Source: an uncultured Gemmatimonadales bacterium
Lineage (GTDB): Bacteria; Gemmatimonadota; Gemmatimonadetes; Gemmatimonadales; GWC2-71-9
Assembly (NCBI GenBank): GCA_963771275.1
Contig: CAVYSW010000010.1
Location: forward strand, 672,001 to 736,000
DNA: 64,000 bases
Direction: 5' to 3'
In this document: one piece after another, positions 43,129 to 53,264 of the stretch
Numbering within the stretch: the stretch's first letter is position 1
Layout of the letters: each line of letters opens with the position of its first letter
The notes under the pieces: model-generated
What the model was told of the DNA's origin: nothing
The model's input: the letters and a program-made list of their open reading frames with translations, nothing else
Databases searched by the model: none
Translations under genes and position numbers: made by a program

Positions 43129-44618
43129 CGCAGACCCCGCTGCCGCGCGACGCGCATCCATGGGCTGTCCGCGCCCGGCGTGGAGGTACCCGTTGTCACC
43201 GTGTTGCGGGCCTCGTGCTCCGCCAGCGCCGCCGCCAGGACCACCCGCTCGAGCGTGTCGCGGTCCGGCTCGGCCGCGAGCAGGCCTTTCCCCACCCTGT
43301 CCAGGTAGCCGATGTCGTACTCGCCACGCACGAACCCCGGCTCATCCATGACCCGCCGATGGAATGGCTGCGAGGTCGGGACCCCCACGATCAGCAGCTC
43401 ATCGAGCGCGCGGCGCATCCGCCGGATGGCCACCGCCCGCGACTCCCCCCATACGATCAGCTTTCCGAGCAGCGGGTCGTAGAACACGCCGACCTCGTTG
43501 CCCACCTCCACTCCCCCGTCCCACCGGACCCCGGGTCCCGAGGGGATGCGCAGGAACGCAATGGTCCCGGTCGCCGGCAGGAAGTCACCGTAGGGGTCTT
43601 CGCTGGTGATGCGGCACTCAAGCGCATGTCCCCGGGGCTGCAGGCCTCCGCGGATCCCGGTGGCGTGGCCCGCCGCGATGCGGAGCTGCTCGCGCACCAG
43701 GTCGACGCCGTAGATCATCTCGGTCACGGGGTGCTCGACTTGAATCCGCGTGTTCATCTCCAGGAAGTAGAACCGCCCCGCCTGATCGAGGAGGAACTCG
43801 ACCGTGCCGGCGCTGCGGTAGCCCACGGCCGCCGCCGCGCGGACGGCGGCGTCGCCGATCCGCGCCCGGAGGTCGGCATCGACGACCGTCGACGGCGCCT
43901 CCTCGATGAGCTTCTGATGCCGACGCTGGACGGAGCACTCCCGCTCGCCGAGGTGGACCACGTGGCCGTGGCCGTCCGCCAGCACCTGCACCTCGATGTG
44001 CCGTGGGCGCTCGAGCAGCTTCTCGACGTAGACCGCCCCGTCGCCGAACGCGGACTGCGCCTCCGAGACCGCCGCGCGGAACGCCGCGGCCAGCTCGTCG
44101 GGCGATGCCACCTGGCGCATCCCCTTCCCGCCACCGCCGGCCACCGCCTTGAGGAGGATGGGGTAGCCGACGCGCTCGGCAATCGCCAGGCCGTCCGCGG
44201 CGCGGGTCAGCGGTGTCGTGGTCCCCGGCACCACCGGGACTCCGGCCGCCTCCATGCGGCGACGCGCCTCGGTCTTCTCCCCCATCGCCCGGATCGCCGC
44301 TCCGGGAGGCCCGATGAACACCAGGCCCGCCGCCTCGACCGCGTCGGCGAAGTGTGCCCGCTCGGCCAGGAACCCGTAGCCCGGATGCACCGCGTCGGCT
44401 CCGGTCCGGGCCGCCGCGTCGAGCAGCCGTTCGACGTTGAGGTAGGACTCGCGGGCGGGCGGCGGTCCGATTTCCACCGCCCGGTCGGCGGCGCGCACGT
44501 GTGGGCTCTGGCGATCCGCTTCCGAGAATACCGCGATCGCCTCGAGATCCTCCTCGTGGCAGGCCCGCACGATCCGGCAGGCGATCTCGCCTCGATTGGC
44601 GATCAGAACGCTACGCAC
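43125..44618 (-). CDS. Biotin carboxylase subunit of an acyl-CoA carboxylase
   Basis: IANRGEIA, HPGYGFL, GGGGKGM, RECSVQRRHQK, EMNTRIQVEHPVTE. Confidence 0.95.
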   Translation of the reverse strand: MRSVLIANRGEIACRIVRACHEEDLEAIAVFSEADRQSPHVRAADRAVEIGPPPARESYLNVERLLDAAARTGADAVHPGYGFLAERAHFADAVEAAGLVFIGPPGAAIRAMGEKTEARRRMEAAGVPVVPGTTTPLTRAADGLAIAERVGYPILLKAVAGGGGKGMRQVASPDELAAAFRAAVSEAQSAFGDGAVYVEKLLERPRHIEVQVLADGHGHVVHLGERECSVQRRHQKLIEEAPSTVVDADLRARIGDAAVRAAAAVGYRSAGTVEFLLDQAGRFYFLEMNTRIQVEHPVTEMIYGVDLVREQLRIAAGHATGIRGGLQPRGHALECRITSEDPYGDFLPATGTIAFLRIPSGPGVRWDGGVEVGNEVGVFYDPLLGKLIVWGESRAVAIRRMRRALDELLIVGVPTSQPFHRRVMDEPGFVRGEYDIGYLDRVGKGLLAAEPDRDTLERVVLAAALAEHEARNTVTTGTSTPGADSPWMRVARQRGLR

Positions 44619-44632
44619 ACTCGCACCTCCGC

Positions 44633-44705
44633 CCGCGGGACCACGCGACGCTGCGCAGCCGGTCCGGCCGGCAATCCGCCGGTCTGCGTTTGTGCGGTCC
44701 CGCGG
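44633..44705. terminator. Long intergenic hairpin between the carboxyltransferase and biotin carboxylase genes
   Basis: Perfect 10-bp outer stem ccgcgggacc/ggtcccgcgg; no U tract, function uncertain. Confidence 0.35.
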
Positions 44706-44707
44706 CC

Positions 44708-46258
44708 CTACAGCGGGATGTTGCCATGCTTCTTCGGCGGGGCGGCATCTCGCTTGGTGAGCAGCGTCTCGAGCGCGGAGATCAGGCGGGGCCGGGTCTC
44801 GCGCGGGTCGATCACGTCATCGAGGAACCCGCGCGCCGCGGCCTCGTAAGGGTGGGCGAACTTCTCGCGGTAGTCCGCCACCAGCTCGTCGAGCCGGGCC
44901 TGCGGGTCGGCCGCGGCCGCGATCTCGCGCCGGAACAGGATCTCCGCCGCGCCCTTGGGGCCCATGACGGCAAGCTCGGCGCTGGGCCACGCCACGTTGT
45001 AGTCGCCGCCGACGTGCTTCGAGCTCATGACGTCGTAGGCGCCGCCGTACGCCTTGCGCGTGATCACCGTCAGCTTGGGGACCGACGCTTCGGCGTAGGC
45101 GTAGAGCAGCTTGGCCCCGTGCATGATGATGCCGCCGTGCTCCTGCTCGACACCCGGCAGGAAGCCGGGCACGTCCTCGAACGTGACGAGCGGAATGTTG
45201 AACGCGTCGCAGAACCGCACGAAGCGCGCCCCCTTACGCGACGCGCGGATGTCGAGCACGCCGGCCAGCACCGCCGGCTGGTTGGCGATCACCCCAACCG
45301 GATGCCCCCCCAGCCGCGCGAACCCGACGATGAGGTTCTGCCCGAAGTCCCGGTGGACCTCGAGCACTTCCCCGTCGTCGACGACGCGCCGAATCACGTC
45401 GTGCATGTCGTACGGCTTGTTGGGGTTGTCGGGCACGACCGTGAGCAACTCCTCGTCCCGCCGGTCGGGCGGATCATGCGCCGGACGGCGGGGGGGGCCG
45501 TCGAGGTTGTTGCTCGGCAGGAAGCCGATGAGACGGCGGATTTCCGCGAGACACTCGATCTCGGAATCGAGCACGAACTGCGCGACCCCCGACACGGATC
45601 CATGCACGTCGGCACCGCCCAGCTCGTCGGACGTGACGTCCTCGTGGGTCACGGTTTTCACCACGTTGGGCCCGGTCACGAACATGTACGACACCCCGCG
45701 TACCATGAACACGAAGTCCGTGATCGCGGGGCTGTAGACCGCGCCGCCGGCGCACGGTCCGAGAATCGCGCTGATCTGCGGCACCACGCCGGACGCGCGG
45801 GTGTTGCGATAGAAGATGTCCGCGTAGCCACCCAGCGAGACGACCCCCTCCTGGATGCGGGCGCCGCCCGAATCGTTGAGCCCGATGACGGGCGCACCGT
45901 TCCGCACCGCCAGGTCCATCACCTTGCAGATCTTCTGCGCGTGGGCTTCGGCGAGCGATCCGCCGAACACCGTGAAGTCCTGAGAGAAGACGTAGACGAG
46001 TCGGCCGTCGATCCGCCCGTAGCCCGTGACCACGCCGTCGCCGAGCGGCTTCTGGGTCTCGAGTCCGAACCCGGTGGCGCGGTGGGTGACGAAGCGGTCG
46101 AACTCCACGAAGGAGCCCTGATCGAGCAGCATGTCGATCCGCTCCCGCGCGGTGAGCTTGCCCTTGTCGTGCTGGGCGCCGATGCGCTCGGCGCCGCCGC
46201 CCTGCTCCGCCTCGTCCCGCAGGCGCTGCAGCCGTTCCAGCTTGGGGTCCATGGTCAT
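44708..46258 (-). CDS. pccB: Propionyl-CoA carboxylase beta (carboxyltransferase) subunit
   Basis: [54 protein letters not shown]. Confidence 0.93.
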   Translation of the reverse strand: MTMDPKLERLQRLRDEAEQGGGAERIGAQHDKGKLTARERIDMLLDQGSFVEFDRFVTHRATGFGLETQKPLGDGVVTGYGRIDGRLVYVFSQDFTVFGGSLAEAHAQKICKVMDLAVRNGAPVIGLNDSGGARIQEGVVSLGGYADIFYRNTRASGVVPQISAILGPCAGGAVYSPAITDFVFMVRGVSYMFVTGPNVVKTVTHEDVTSDELGGADVHGSVSGVAQFVLDSEIECLAEIRRLIGFLPSNNLDGPPRRPAHDPPDRRDEELLTVVPDNPNKPYDMHDVIRRVVDDGEVLEVHRDFGQNLIVGFARLGGHPVGVIANQPAVLAGVLDIRASRKGARFVRFCDAFNIPLVTFEDVPGFLPGVEQEHGGIIMHGAKLLYAYAEASVPKLTVITRKAYGGAYDVMSSKHVGGDYNVAWPSAELAVMGPKGAAEILFRREIAAAADPQARLDELVADYREKFAHPYEAAARGFLDDVIDPRETRPRLISALETLLTKRDAAPPKKHGNIPL

Positions 46259-46290
46259 GGTCCGCTCGTGGTCCACCGGTCCTGAAAGCA

Positions 46291-46348
46291 CGCCCGCCGG
46301 CGACGCCGCCGAGGCGGCACCGCCGGCGGCGTCCGGCAGGGGCGGGCG
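46291..46348 (-). terminator. Hairpin immediately after rpsA
   Basis: Outer stem cgcccgcc/ggcgggcg and inner stem gacgccgccg/cggcggcgtc. Confidence 0.45.
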
Positions 46349-48127
46349 CTACGCGTCTGCGGGGGCGTCGTCGACGGCGGGGTCCAGCGACGGCTCCTCG
46401 ACGGGCTCCGGCGCCGGGGTCACCGGCTCCGCGGGCTGCCGAGGCTGGCTAGTGGCCGCGAGCACGATCTTGTGATGGATCGGATCCACCTCCATCACCT
46501 TCACGTCGACGCCCCACCCTTCCTTCGCCACTTCCTCGATCCGGCGATTCTCCGGCGTGGGGAACTGACTCGCCGGGATCAGCCCTTCGATGTCATTCCC
46601 GACGTCGACCACCACCGTGTTGTCGAGCACGCGGACGATGCGCCCCTCGAGATCGGTGCCGACCGGATAGTCTTCGCCGATCTTGAGCCACGGATCGTCC
46701 TTGGCCTGCTTGAGGCCGAGGGAGATCCGCTTGTTGTCCGCGTCGATGTTGAGAATCACCACGTCGACGGTGTCGCCCTTCTTCACGATCTCCGACGGGT
46801 GCTGCACGCGCTTCGTCCAGGACATGTCGGAGATGTGGATCAGCCCGTCGATTCCGGGCTCGATCTCCACAAAGGCCCCGAACGACGTCAGGTTGCGCAC
46901 CTTGCCGGTGATCCGGGTGCCGACGGGATACTTCATCGGCAGCATCATCCAGGGATCCTGCTCGGTCTGCTTCATGCCGAGCGAGATCTTCTCCTCCTGC
47001 GGATCGACCTTGAGCACCACGGCCTCGATCGTCTCGCCGATGGAGACGATCTTCGACGGGTGGCGCACGTTGCGGGTCCAGCTCATCTCGCTGATGTGCA
47101 CCAGGCCCTCGATCCCAGGCTCGAGCTCCACGAACGCGCCATAGTTCGTGATCGACACGACCTTCCCCTGCACGCGCACGCCAACCGGGTACTTCTCGGC
47201 GACGTTTTCCCACGGGTAGGCTTGGAGCTGCTTGAGACCGAGCGAGATCCGCTCGCGCTCCCAGTCGATGTCGAGGACCTTGACCTCGAGCTCCTGTCCC
47301 AGCTCCACCATCTCGGAGGGGTGGGACACCCGGCCGTAGCTCATGTCGGTGATGTGCAGCAGCCCGTCCACGCCGCCCAGGTCGATGAACGCCCCGAAGT
47401 CCGTGATGTTCTTGACGATGCCTTTCCGCACCTGGTCGACCGCCAGCTCCTTCATCAAGTGGCCGCGCTTCTCGGCCCGCTCCGTCTCGAGGATCACCCG
47501 GCGGGACACGACGATGTTGCGGCGGCGCTTGTTGAGCTTGATGATCTTGAAATCGAACGACTGGCCGAGCAGCTCGTCGATGTTGGGCACACGCCGGAGC
47601 GCGATCTGGCTGCCGGGGAGGAAGGCGTCCACGCCCATGAGATCCACCACCACGCCCCCCTTGATCTTCTTCTGCAGCGTGCCGCGCACCGGCTCGTCGC
47701 TCTCGTACGCGTGCCGGATCTTCTCCCACACGCGCATGAAATCGGCCTTCTTCTTCGAGAGCACGACCGCCCCGTCCTGGTCTTCCAGCCGCTCGAGGAA
47801 CACCTCGACCTCGTCACCGGACTGGAGCTTCGTGGGGTCCTTGAACTCGTCGATCGGGACCGCGCCCTCGGACTTGAAGCCGACGTCGAGGATGACGTGC
47901 GTGTCGGTCACGCGCAGTACCTTGGACCGGACGATCTCGCCTTCCACGATGCTCTGGAGCGTTCCCTCGTACAGCGCGAGCATCTGCTCGTACTGCTCCG
48001 GTGAGTAGTCCTCGTCGAGCAGGTCGGCACGCACGTTGATCGGGGAGTTGGGCTGGCCCGGCGACCGTGCAGCGGGGGGGGTGGGGGTGGGGGTGGGGTT
48101 CGGGGTTTCGGTTGACGGCTCGGACAT
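46349..48127 (-). CDS. rpsA: 30S ribosomal protein S1
   Basis: Six S1 repeats (DVGFKSEG, AFLPGSQ, DGLLHITD, EGLVHISE, DGLIHISD). Confidence 0.98.
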   Translation of the reverse strand: MSEPSTETPNPTPTPTPPAARSPGQPNSPINVRADLLDEDYSPEQYEQMLALYEGTLQSIVEGEIVRSKVLRVTDTHVILDVGFKSEGAVPIDEFKDPTKLQSGDEVEVFLERLEDQDGAVVLSKKKADFMRVWEKIRHAYESDEPVRGTLQKKIKGGVVVDLMGVDAFLPGSQIALRRVPNIDELLGQSFDFKIIKLNKRRRNIVVSRRVILETERAEKRGHLMKELAVDQVRKGIVKNITDFGAFIDLGGVDGLLHITDMSYGRVSHPSEMVELGQELEVKVLDIDWERERISLGLKQLQAYPWENVAEKYPVGVRVQGKVVSITNYGAFVELEPGIEGLVHISEMSWTRNVRHPSKIVSIGETIEAVVLKVDPQEEKISLGMKQTEQDPWMMLPMKYPVGTRITGKVRNLTSFGAFVEIEPGIDGLIHISDMSWTKRVQHPSEIVKKGDTVDVVILNIDADNKRISLGLKQAKDDPWLKIGEDYPVGTDLEGRIVRVLDNTVVVDVGNDIEGLIPASQFPTPENRRIEEVAKEGWGVDVKVMEVDPIHHKIVLAATSQPRQPAEPVTPAPEPVEEPSLDPAVDDAPADA

Positions 48128-48203
48128 GGTACCCGCTCCCTGCTGCCAGGGGTCATAAGGTGAATATGCCCCCCCCGACTGCCGGGAGAGGCGAGATGCG
48201 GGA

Positions 48204-48232
48204 AGGCTAGACCGCGGCGTCGGCTATGTCAA
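48204..48232 (-). promoter_or_regulatory. sigma70-type promoter for rpsA inside the cmk 3' end
   Basis: TTGACA-17-TAGCCT; the -10 includes the cmk TAG stop. Confidence 0.7.
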
Positions 48233-48914
48233 GCGAGGAGAAGGTCTTCCGGGCCAGCGACACGATGTGGCGGACCTGCTGCTCAAACGTCATGCCGGTG
48301 GTATCCAGCAGGACCGCGTCGGCTGCCTGACGCAGCGGTGCCACGGCCCGGGTCGAGTCGGCGTGGTCGCGCGCGGCAAGCCGACGCGCCTCCTCGGCCA
48401 CCGCTTCCCGACTGGGGGCGTGCCCGTCCTGCAACAGGCGACGACGGGCCCGGGACTCGGGCGACGCCGTGAGGAACACCTTGAGCTGCGCGTCCGGAAA
48501 CACGACGGTCCCGATGTCGCGGCCGTCGGCCACCACGCCGCGCGGGTGCTGCGCCGCCGCCGCGTGGAGCAAGCGGTTGGCGAACGCGCGCACGTCCGGC
48601 AGCGCCGACACCGCGGACACGTGCGCGGTCACGTCGGGCCGGCGGACCGCGCTCGAGACATCCACCCCGGCCGCTTCCGGACGGAATCCGGCTGCGGCAT
48701 ACGTGAGACGCACCGGCAGCGACTCGGCGAGCGCGGCAATCCGCTGTCCCTCGAGCGGGATGGCGGCATCCAACGCGGCCAGGGTGAACGCCCGATAGAG
48801 CGCGCCGCTCTCGAGGTGGGCGAACCCGAGCTGCTCGGCAACCGCCTGTGCCGTGGTGGACTTGCCGGACCCGGCCGGCCCGTCAATCGCGACGACGTTG
48901 GGGTGTGCGGGCAT
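48207..48914 (-). CDS. cmk: Cytidylate kinase
   Basis: IDGPAGSGKST, DGRDIGTVVFPDA, RDHADSTRAVAPL. Confidence 0.96.
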   Translation of the reverse strand: MPAHPNVVAIDGPAGSGKSTTAQAVAEQLGFAHLESGALYRAFTLAALDAAIPLEGQRIAALAESLPVRLTYAAAGFRPEAAGVDVSSAVRRPDVTAHVSAVSALPDVRAFANRLLHAAAAQHPRGVVADGRDIGTVVFPDAQLKVFLTASPESRARRRLLQDGHAPSREAVAEEARRLAARDHADSTRAVAPLRQAADAVLLDTTGMTFEQQVRHIVSLARKTFSSLDIADAAV

Positions 48915-50172
48915 CGATCCCCTCGAGATCCTCGAAGAAGGCCGGATAGCTGACGGCCGGTGACGTCCGTTCCGAGAGGCGCACGGCGGCGCCGGGAACG
49001 GTCCCAAGCACCGCGAACGCCATCGCCAGCCGGTGATCGCCTGCCGTGTCGACCGATCCGCGCGGGGGGTTGGTGCTCCCCCGCACCACGAGATCCTCTC
49101 CGGCAACCGTCGCCTGAGCGCCGACGGCCCGCAGGTTGGCGGCGAGGAGCCCGAGCCGGTCGCTTTCCTTGACGCGCAGCTCCCCGACGGAGCGGAACGC
49201 CGTCTCGCCCCGAGCCCGGGACGCCAGAACGGCCAATATGGGCACTTCGTCGATCAGCGACGGGACCTCGTCCGCCGCCACCTCCACCCCACGGAGGTCC
49301 GCGGGACGCACCACGAGATCGCCGATCGGCTCACCCGCGACGGTGCGCAGGGACACGACCGGAATCGTCGCCCCCATCCGCTCGAGCACGCGGAGGAATC
49401 CAATCCGCGTCGGATTCACGCCGACGCCTCCGAGCGTCAACTCCCCGTCCTCCGCAAGCACCCCGGCGGCCACAAGGAACGCCGCAGCGGACGCATCCCC
49501 GGGAACGACCAGATCGAGGTCACGCAGGGTGGCCAGCCAGTCGCCGGCCTCGTCAAGGTGCACCGCGGTACCGCGCTGCGCCAATGGGGCGCCGAGCGCC
49601 GCGAGCAGCCGCTCGGTGTGGTCCCGGGACTTCGCCGGCTCGTCGACCTCCACCGCGACGCCTCCCACCAGCCCGGCAAACAGCAGCGCGCTCTTCAGCT
49701 GCGCGCTTGCCACCGGGAGACGCCACGTCAGCGGCACCAACGGGCCGCCGCGGATCCGGAGGGGCAGTCCGTCGCCGCGCTCCTCGATGATGGCGGCGCC
49801 CATGCGTCGCAGAGGCTCCGTGACCCGCCGCATCGGTCGTTGCCGCAACGAGCGATCGCCGATGAGACGCGCCGCAAACGGGCGGCCGGCCAGCAGGCCG
49901 AGGAGGAGGCGCGCGGTGGTACCCGAGTTGCCGCAGTGCAGCGCCGCAGCAGGGGGTCGCCACAGCCCGCCCCGCACGACGACATCGATCCCGGCACGCA
50001 CCGTCCCGACCTGCACGCCCAGCTGGCGCAGCACCCGCGCCGTGCTGCGTACATCTTCGGACGCCAGGGCGCCCCGCACGAGGCTCTCGCCCCGCGCGAG
50101 GCTCGCCAGCATGAAGGCGCGGTGCGTGATGCTCTTGTCGCCCGGGACCCGGACCGTCCCGCCGACCCTCAC
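48883..50172 (-). CDS. aroA: EPSP synthase
   Basis: PGDKSITHR, GNSGTT, RPMRR, SAQLKS, RDHTE, LRVKESDR, DHRLAM; GTGA overlap with tyrA used as start. Confidence 0.96.
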   Translation of the reverse strand: MRVGGTVRVPGDKSITHRAFMLASLARGESLVRGALASEDVRSTARVLRQLGVQVGTVRAGIDVVVRGGLWRPPAAALHCGNSGTTARLLLGLLAGRPFAARLIGDRSLRQRPMRRVTEPLRRMGAAIIEERGDGLPLRIRGGPLVPLTWRLPVASAQLKSALLFAGLVGGVAVEVDEPAKSRDHTERLLAALGAPLAQRGTAVHLDEAGDWLATLRDLDLVVPGDASAAAFLVAAGVLAEDGELTLGGVGVNPTRIGFLRVLERMGATIPVVSLRTVAGEPIGDLVVRPADLRGVEVAADEVPSLIDEVPILAVLASRARGETAFRSVGELRVKESDRLGLLAANLRAVGAQATVAGEDLVVRGSTNPPRGSVDTAGDHRLAMAFAVLGTVPGAAVRLSERTSPAVSYPAFFEDLEGIDARTPQRRRD

Positions 50173-51008
50173 GGTCCGAGCCGCCGCCGCCAGGCCGCGG
50201 CCGCGTCGAGCCATCCGCCCAGGGCCACCAGGTCGCCGTCCGCGAGGGCCCGCCGCAGCCCCCCGAGCGAGGCCTCACAGCAGTCGAGCGCGTCGAGCAC
50301 GGCGCTGCGATTGAGCAGCAGCACCTCGGGCCAGGCCGCCGCGTCGCCGTCGGCCACCCGCGCCACATCGTGTGCCACGGGTCCGTACGTAACCCCGCGC
50401 GGCCCATGCCCTGCGAGCGCGTGCGCCACGGCAAGGGCGATGGCCTGCGGCAGGTGACTGGTCCGCGCCACGATCACGTCGTGGTCCGCTGCATCCACCA
50501 TCACCGGCTCCGCTTCGAGCACGGAGGCCCAGAAGTCCGCCACTTCCCGGGCCACCCCATCGCCGTCCGCCGTGGGGGTGACATACACCAGCGCACCGAC
50601 GAACCGTCGCGCCTCGGCTCCGGCGAAGCCCCGCCGCTGGCTGCGGACGAGCGGATGCGAGCCGGCGAATTGGGCGGCCAGTCCGAGCCGGCGCGCCGCG
50701 TCCATCACGGGGGCCTTCACACTCGCCACGTCGGTACATACCGCGCCCTGCCCCAGGTGCGTGCGCGCTTCGGCGAGCAGCGTGAAGACCGCAGCCGGCG
50801 GCACCGCGAGCACCACCAAGTCCGCATGGCGCATGACGTACGCCGCGGACGACGCAAGCTCCGTCACCGCCCCCGCCCGGACGGCTGCGACCCCTTCCGC
50901 GGGCCGTCGGGTGTAGCCGAGCACGCGACGCACGCCGCCACTGGCCTGACGCGCAATCGACCCGCCGATGGCGCCCAAGCCGATGATTCCGAGGGTGTCG
51001 GGCAGCAT
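50169..51008 (-). CDS. tyrA: Prephenate/arogenate dehydrogenase
   Basis: GLGAIGGS, TDVASVK, SHP, HD...SHLPQ; upstream of aroA-cmk. Confidence 0.85.
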   Translation of the reverse strand: MLPDTLGIIGLGAIGGSIARQASGGVRRVLGYTRRPAEGVAAVRAGAVTELASSAAYVMRHADLVVLAVPPAAVFTLLAEARTHLGQGAVCTDVASVKAPVMDAARRLGLAAQFAGSHPLVRSQRRGFAGAEARRFVGALVYVTPTADGDGVAREVADFWASVLEAEPVMVDAADHDVIVARTSHLPQAIALAVAHALAGHGPRGVTYGPVAHDVARVADGDAAAWPEVLLLNRSAVLDALDCCEASLGGLRRALADGDLVALGGWLDAAAAWRRRLGP

Positions 51009-51066
51009 GGTGAGTGGAAGATAGCGGCGCGGTGCCGGTCTCCGCCGCTGGCGTCGCGCCTCCGGC

Positions 51067-51354
51067 CTAGCGCGCGAGGAGAACGCCCGCGAGAGTCACG
51101 AGCAGCGTTCCCGCGGCGTACCACCCCAGGCGCCTGCCGCGCTCGATCGCCACGAGCAGGACGAGCACGAGGAACGGCGTCGCAATCACCGTCACGATCG
51201 CCGCGCCGCTGAGCAGCTCGCCTACGGCGTTCTCGGACCCGGGTCGCCAAGCGCGGAGCACGGGATCCAGCACGACGCCCACGAACGCCGCCGCCACGGC
51301 GGCCAGGAGCGCAACCCGCAATACTCGCACGGCGACCGCGTGCGCGTCACCCAC
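51067..51354 (-). CDS. Small membrane protein, DUF1634-like partner of TauE
   Basis: Three TM helices, IATP motif; overlaps the TauE gene end. Confidence 0.65.
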   Translation of the reverse strand: MGDAHAVAVRVLRVALLAAVAAAFVGVVLDPVLRAWRPGSENAVGELLSGAAIVTVIATPFLVLVLLVAIERGRRLGWYAAGTLLVTLAGVLLAR

Positions 51355-52108
51355 CGTGAACGCCTCGCAGCACCATGCGGATCGCCATGTAGAGGAGGAG
51401 GACGGCCAACCCGCGCTTGAGCCAGCTCGCGTCGATCCGGTGGCTGGCTGCCGATGCGACGGTCGCGCCAATCAGGACGCCGAGCATGGCGGGCGCCGCG
51501 ACCTGCGGGGAGACGTCACCGCGGGCGAAATAGACGAGCACCCCCGAGCCGGCCGTCACCCCGATGAGATAGATGGACGTTGCCGCCGCCTTGTGAAAGT
51601 CGAGGCCCACGACCAGGTGGAGCAGCGGAGTGAACACGATCCCCCCACCCACGCCGAGCAGGCTCGACACCCCGCCCGCCGCGAGCGAGCCGGCGGACGC
51701 GACCCACGCGTGACCGCCGGACGACGCGGGCGCCGGGCGGGGCACGCTCCGGGGCCAGTTGCGCCAGGCCGCGACGAGCAGGAGCGCACCGAACGCGAAG
51801 AACACGAACGCCCCGGGGACGCGGGTGGCCACCAGCCCCACCGCCACGGCCCCGACGACGGCGAAGAACTGCAGCTGGACGCAGGACGAGACGTCGATCT
51901 GCCGCCGAGAAAACTGGACCGCCGAGCCCGCGACCGACGTTGCCACCACGCACACCAGACTGGTCCCGACGGCGCTGTGAATCGGGAGTCCGGCGATGAA
52001 CACGAGCGCCGGGACGAGGATGATCCCCCCACCGACACCGAGCAGGGCGCCGAGCGCTCCGGCCACGGCTCCGACTCCCAGCAGCTCGCCGACGACGATG
52101 ACACTCAT
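51347..52108 (-). CDS. TauE/SafE (TSUP) family exporter
   Basis: Duplicated LLGVGGG motifs, AVGTS and AAATS; multiple TM helices. Confidence 0.92.
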   Translation of the reverse strand: MSVIVVGELLGVGAVAGALGALLGVGGGIILVPALVFIAGLPIHSAVGTSLVCVVATSVAGSAVQFSRRQIDVSSCVQLQFFAVVGAVAVGLVATRVPGAFVFFAFGALLLVAAWRNWPRSVPRPAPASSGGHAWVASAGSLAAGGVSSLLGVGGGIVFTPLLHLVVGLDFHKAAATSIYLIGVTAGSGVLVYFARGDVSPQVAAPAMLGVLIGATVASAASHRIDASWLKRGLAVLLLYMAIRMVLRGVHGG

Positions 52109-52239
52109 GGCGCCCGGAATCAAACGTACCGCGGAACAGCCGCAAGGCACCCCGCAGGACCGCCGATTTCGCGGTATGTTGACGGGGTTCGGATGGCGAG
52201 CTGCTCAGGGGATAACCGGAGAAGGGGAGGCGAACGCTG

Positions 52240-52635
52240 ATGACCATGCCTGAACGAGCGCAGTCCCGCGAGGGCTGGACGGTGAGCCGAATCAACTACC
52301 TCACGAGCACGACGTTTGCGCTCCCCGGGTACCGGATCGCCGAGAACCTCGGCGTGGTCCGGGGGGTCGTGGTCCGGTCCCGCTCGATCGTCGGCACGGG
52401 CCTGGCCGCGTTTCAGACGGTGTTCGGCGGCAACATCTCGCTGTTCACCGAGCTCTGCGAGCGCACGCGCGCGGACGCGTTCGACCTCATGGTGCGCCAC
52501 GCCGTCGACGCCGGAGCGAACGCGGTGGTGGGCGTGCGGTACGACGCGACGGACATCATGCGGGGTGTCACGGAAGTGCTGTGCTACGGGACGGCGGTGG
52601 TGGTGGAGGAGGAAAGCTCGGGCAAGCGTCCCTAG
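52240..52635 (+). CDS. YbjQ/UPF0145 family protein
   Basis: LGVVRG..VRSR, GGNI..FT, GANAVVGVRYD, YGTAV; GGAGG SD. Confidence 0.92.
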   Translation: MTMPERAQSREGWTVSRINYLTSTTFALPGYRIAENLGVVRGVVVRSRSIVGTGLAAFQTVFGGNISLFTELCERTRADAFDLMVRHAVDAGANAVVGVRYDATDIMRGVTEVLCYGTAVVVEEESSGKRP

Positions 52636-53264
52636 CGCCGACCGACGCCGATGGCCAGGGCCACCTGCTCGTGGGTTTCCTGCCGCAGTCCGCTCCCAAG
52701 GGCGAGGCGCTCGGTGCGGTAGCGGACGCGGACGCTGACGGGCAGGCGGCCCAGCGCGACGCGGAGCCCGCCTTCCATGCCGAGGCCGTGGTCGAGCGAC
52801 TCCACCAGGTCGATGCTGGAGCCGACGACGGCCCAACCCTCGAGATAGGCTTCGAGAAACGACCCCACCAGGGGCGCGACCCCCTGCCCGTGGACTTCCC
52901 ACATCAGCCAGCGCTGGGTACCGCCCGGCTCGACGAAGCTGCGCGCGTGCGGACCGAATCCCACGGCCACCCAGCGGAGGGGTCGGACCATGAGGAGCGC
53001 CTGTCCTTCGACGAAATCCGCCGGTGCCGTCCCGGCCGCAGCGTCGATCGAGCCCTGCAGGTAGCGCACGGTGAGGGTGGCAGGTCCCAGTCCGAAGGCT
53101 CCCTCTCCCCCCCAGGTCGATCCGCTCCGCAGCTGCGTGTCGCCAGCCTGCCCCACGGTCTCGCGGACGAACGCGACCGCGGCGCGGGCGCCGAACGACT
53201 GTGCCTCGAGGACCGCGGCGGTGATCGCCAGACCGCATGCGACCCCGCCCAGCCAGCGGATCAC
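52632..53264 (-). CDS. Secreted hypothetical protein, probable small outer-membrane beta-barrel
   Basis: Signal peptide ending LEA|Q; alternating amphipathic beta-strand pattern; terminal strand VALAIGVG. Confidence 0.6.
   Translation of the reverse strand: MIRWLGGVACGLAITAAVLEAQSFGARAAVAFVRETVGQAGDTQLRSGSTWGGEGAFGLGPATLTVRYLQGSIDAAAGTAPADFVEGQALLMVRPLRWVAVGFGPHARSFVEPGGTQRWLMWEVHGQGVAPLVGSFLEAYLEGWAVVGSSIDLVESLDHGLGMEGGLRVALGRLPVSVRVRYRTERLALGSGLRQETHEQVALAIGVGRR

Noticed and set aside
48060..48115. G-rich tract (possible G-quadruplex or contingency locus) at the rpsA 5' end
   Set aside because: It is the complement of an in-frame Pro-Thr low-complexity N-terminus; the frame is intact and there is no evidence of switching
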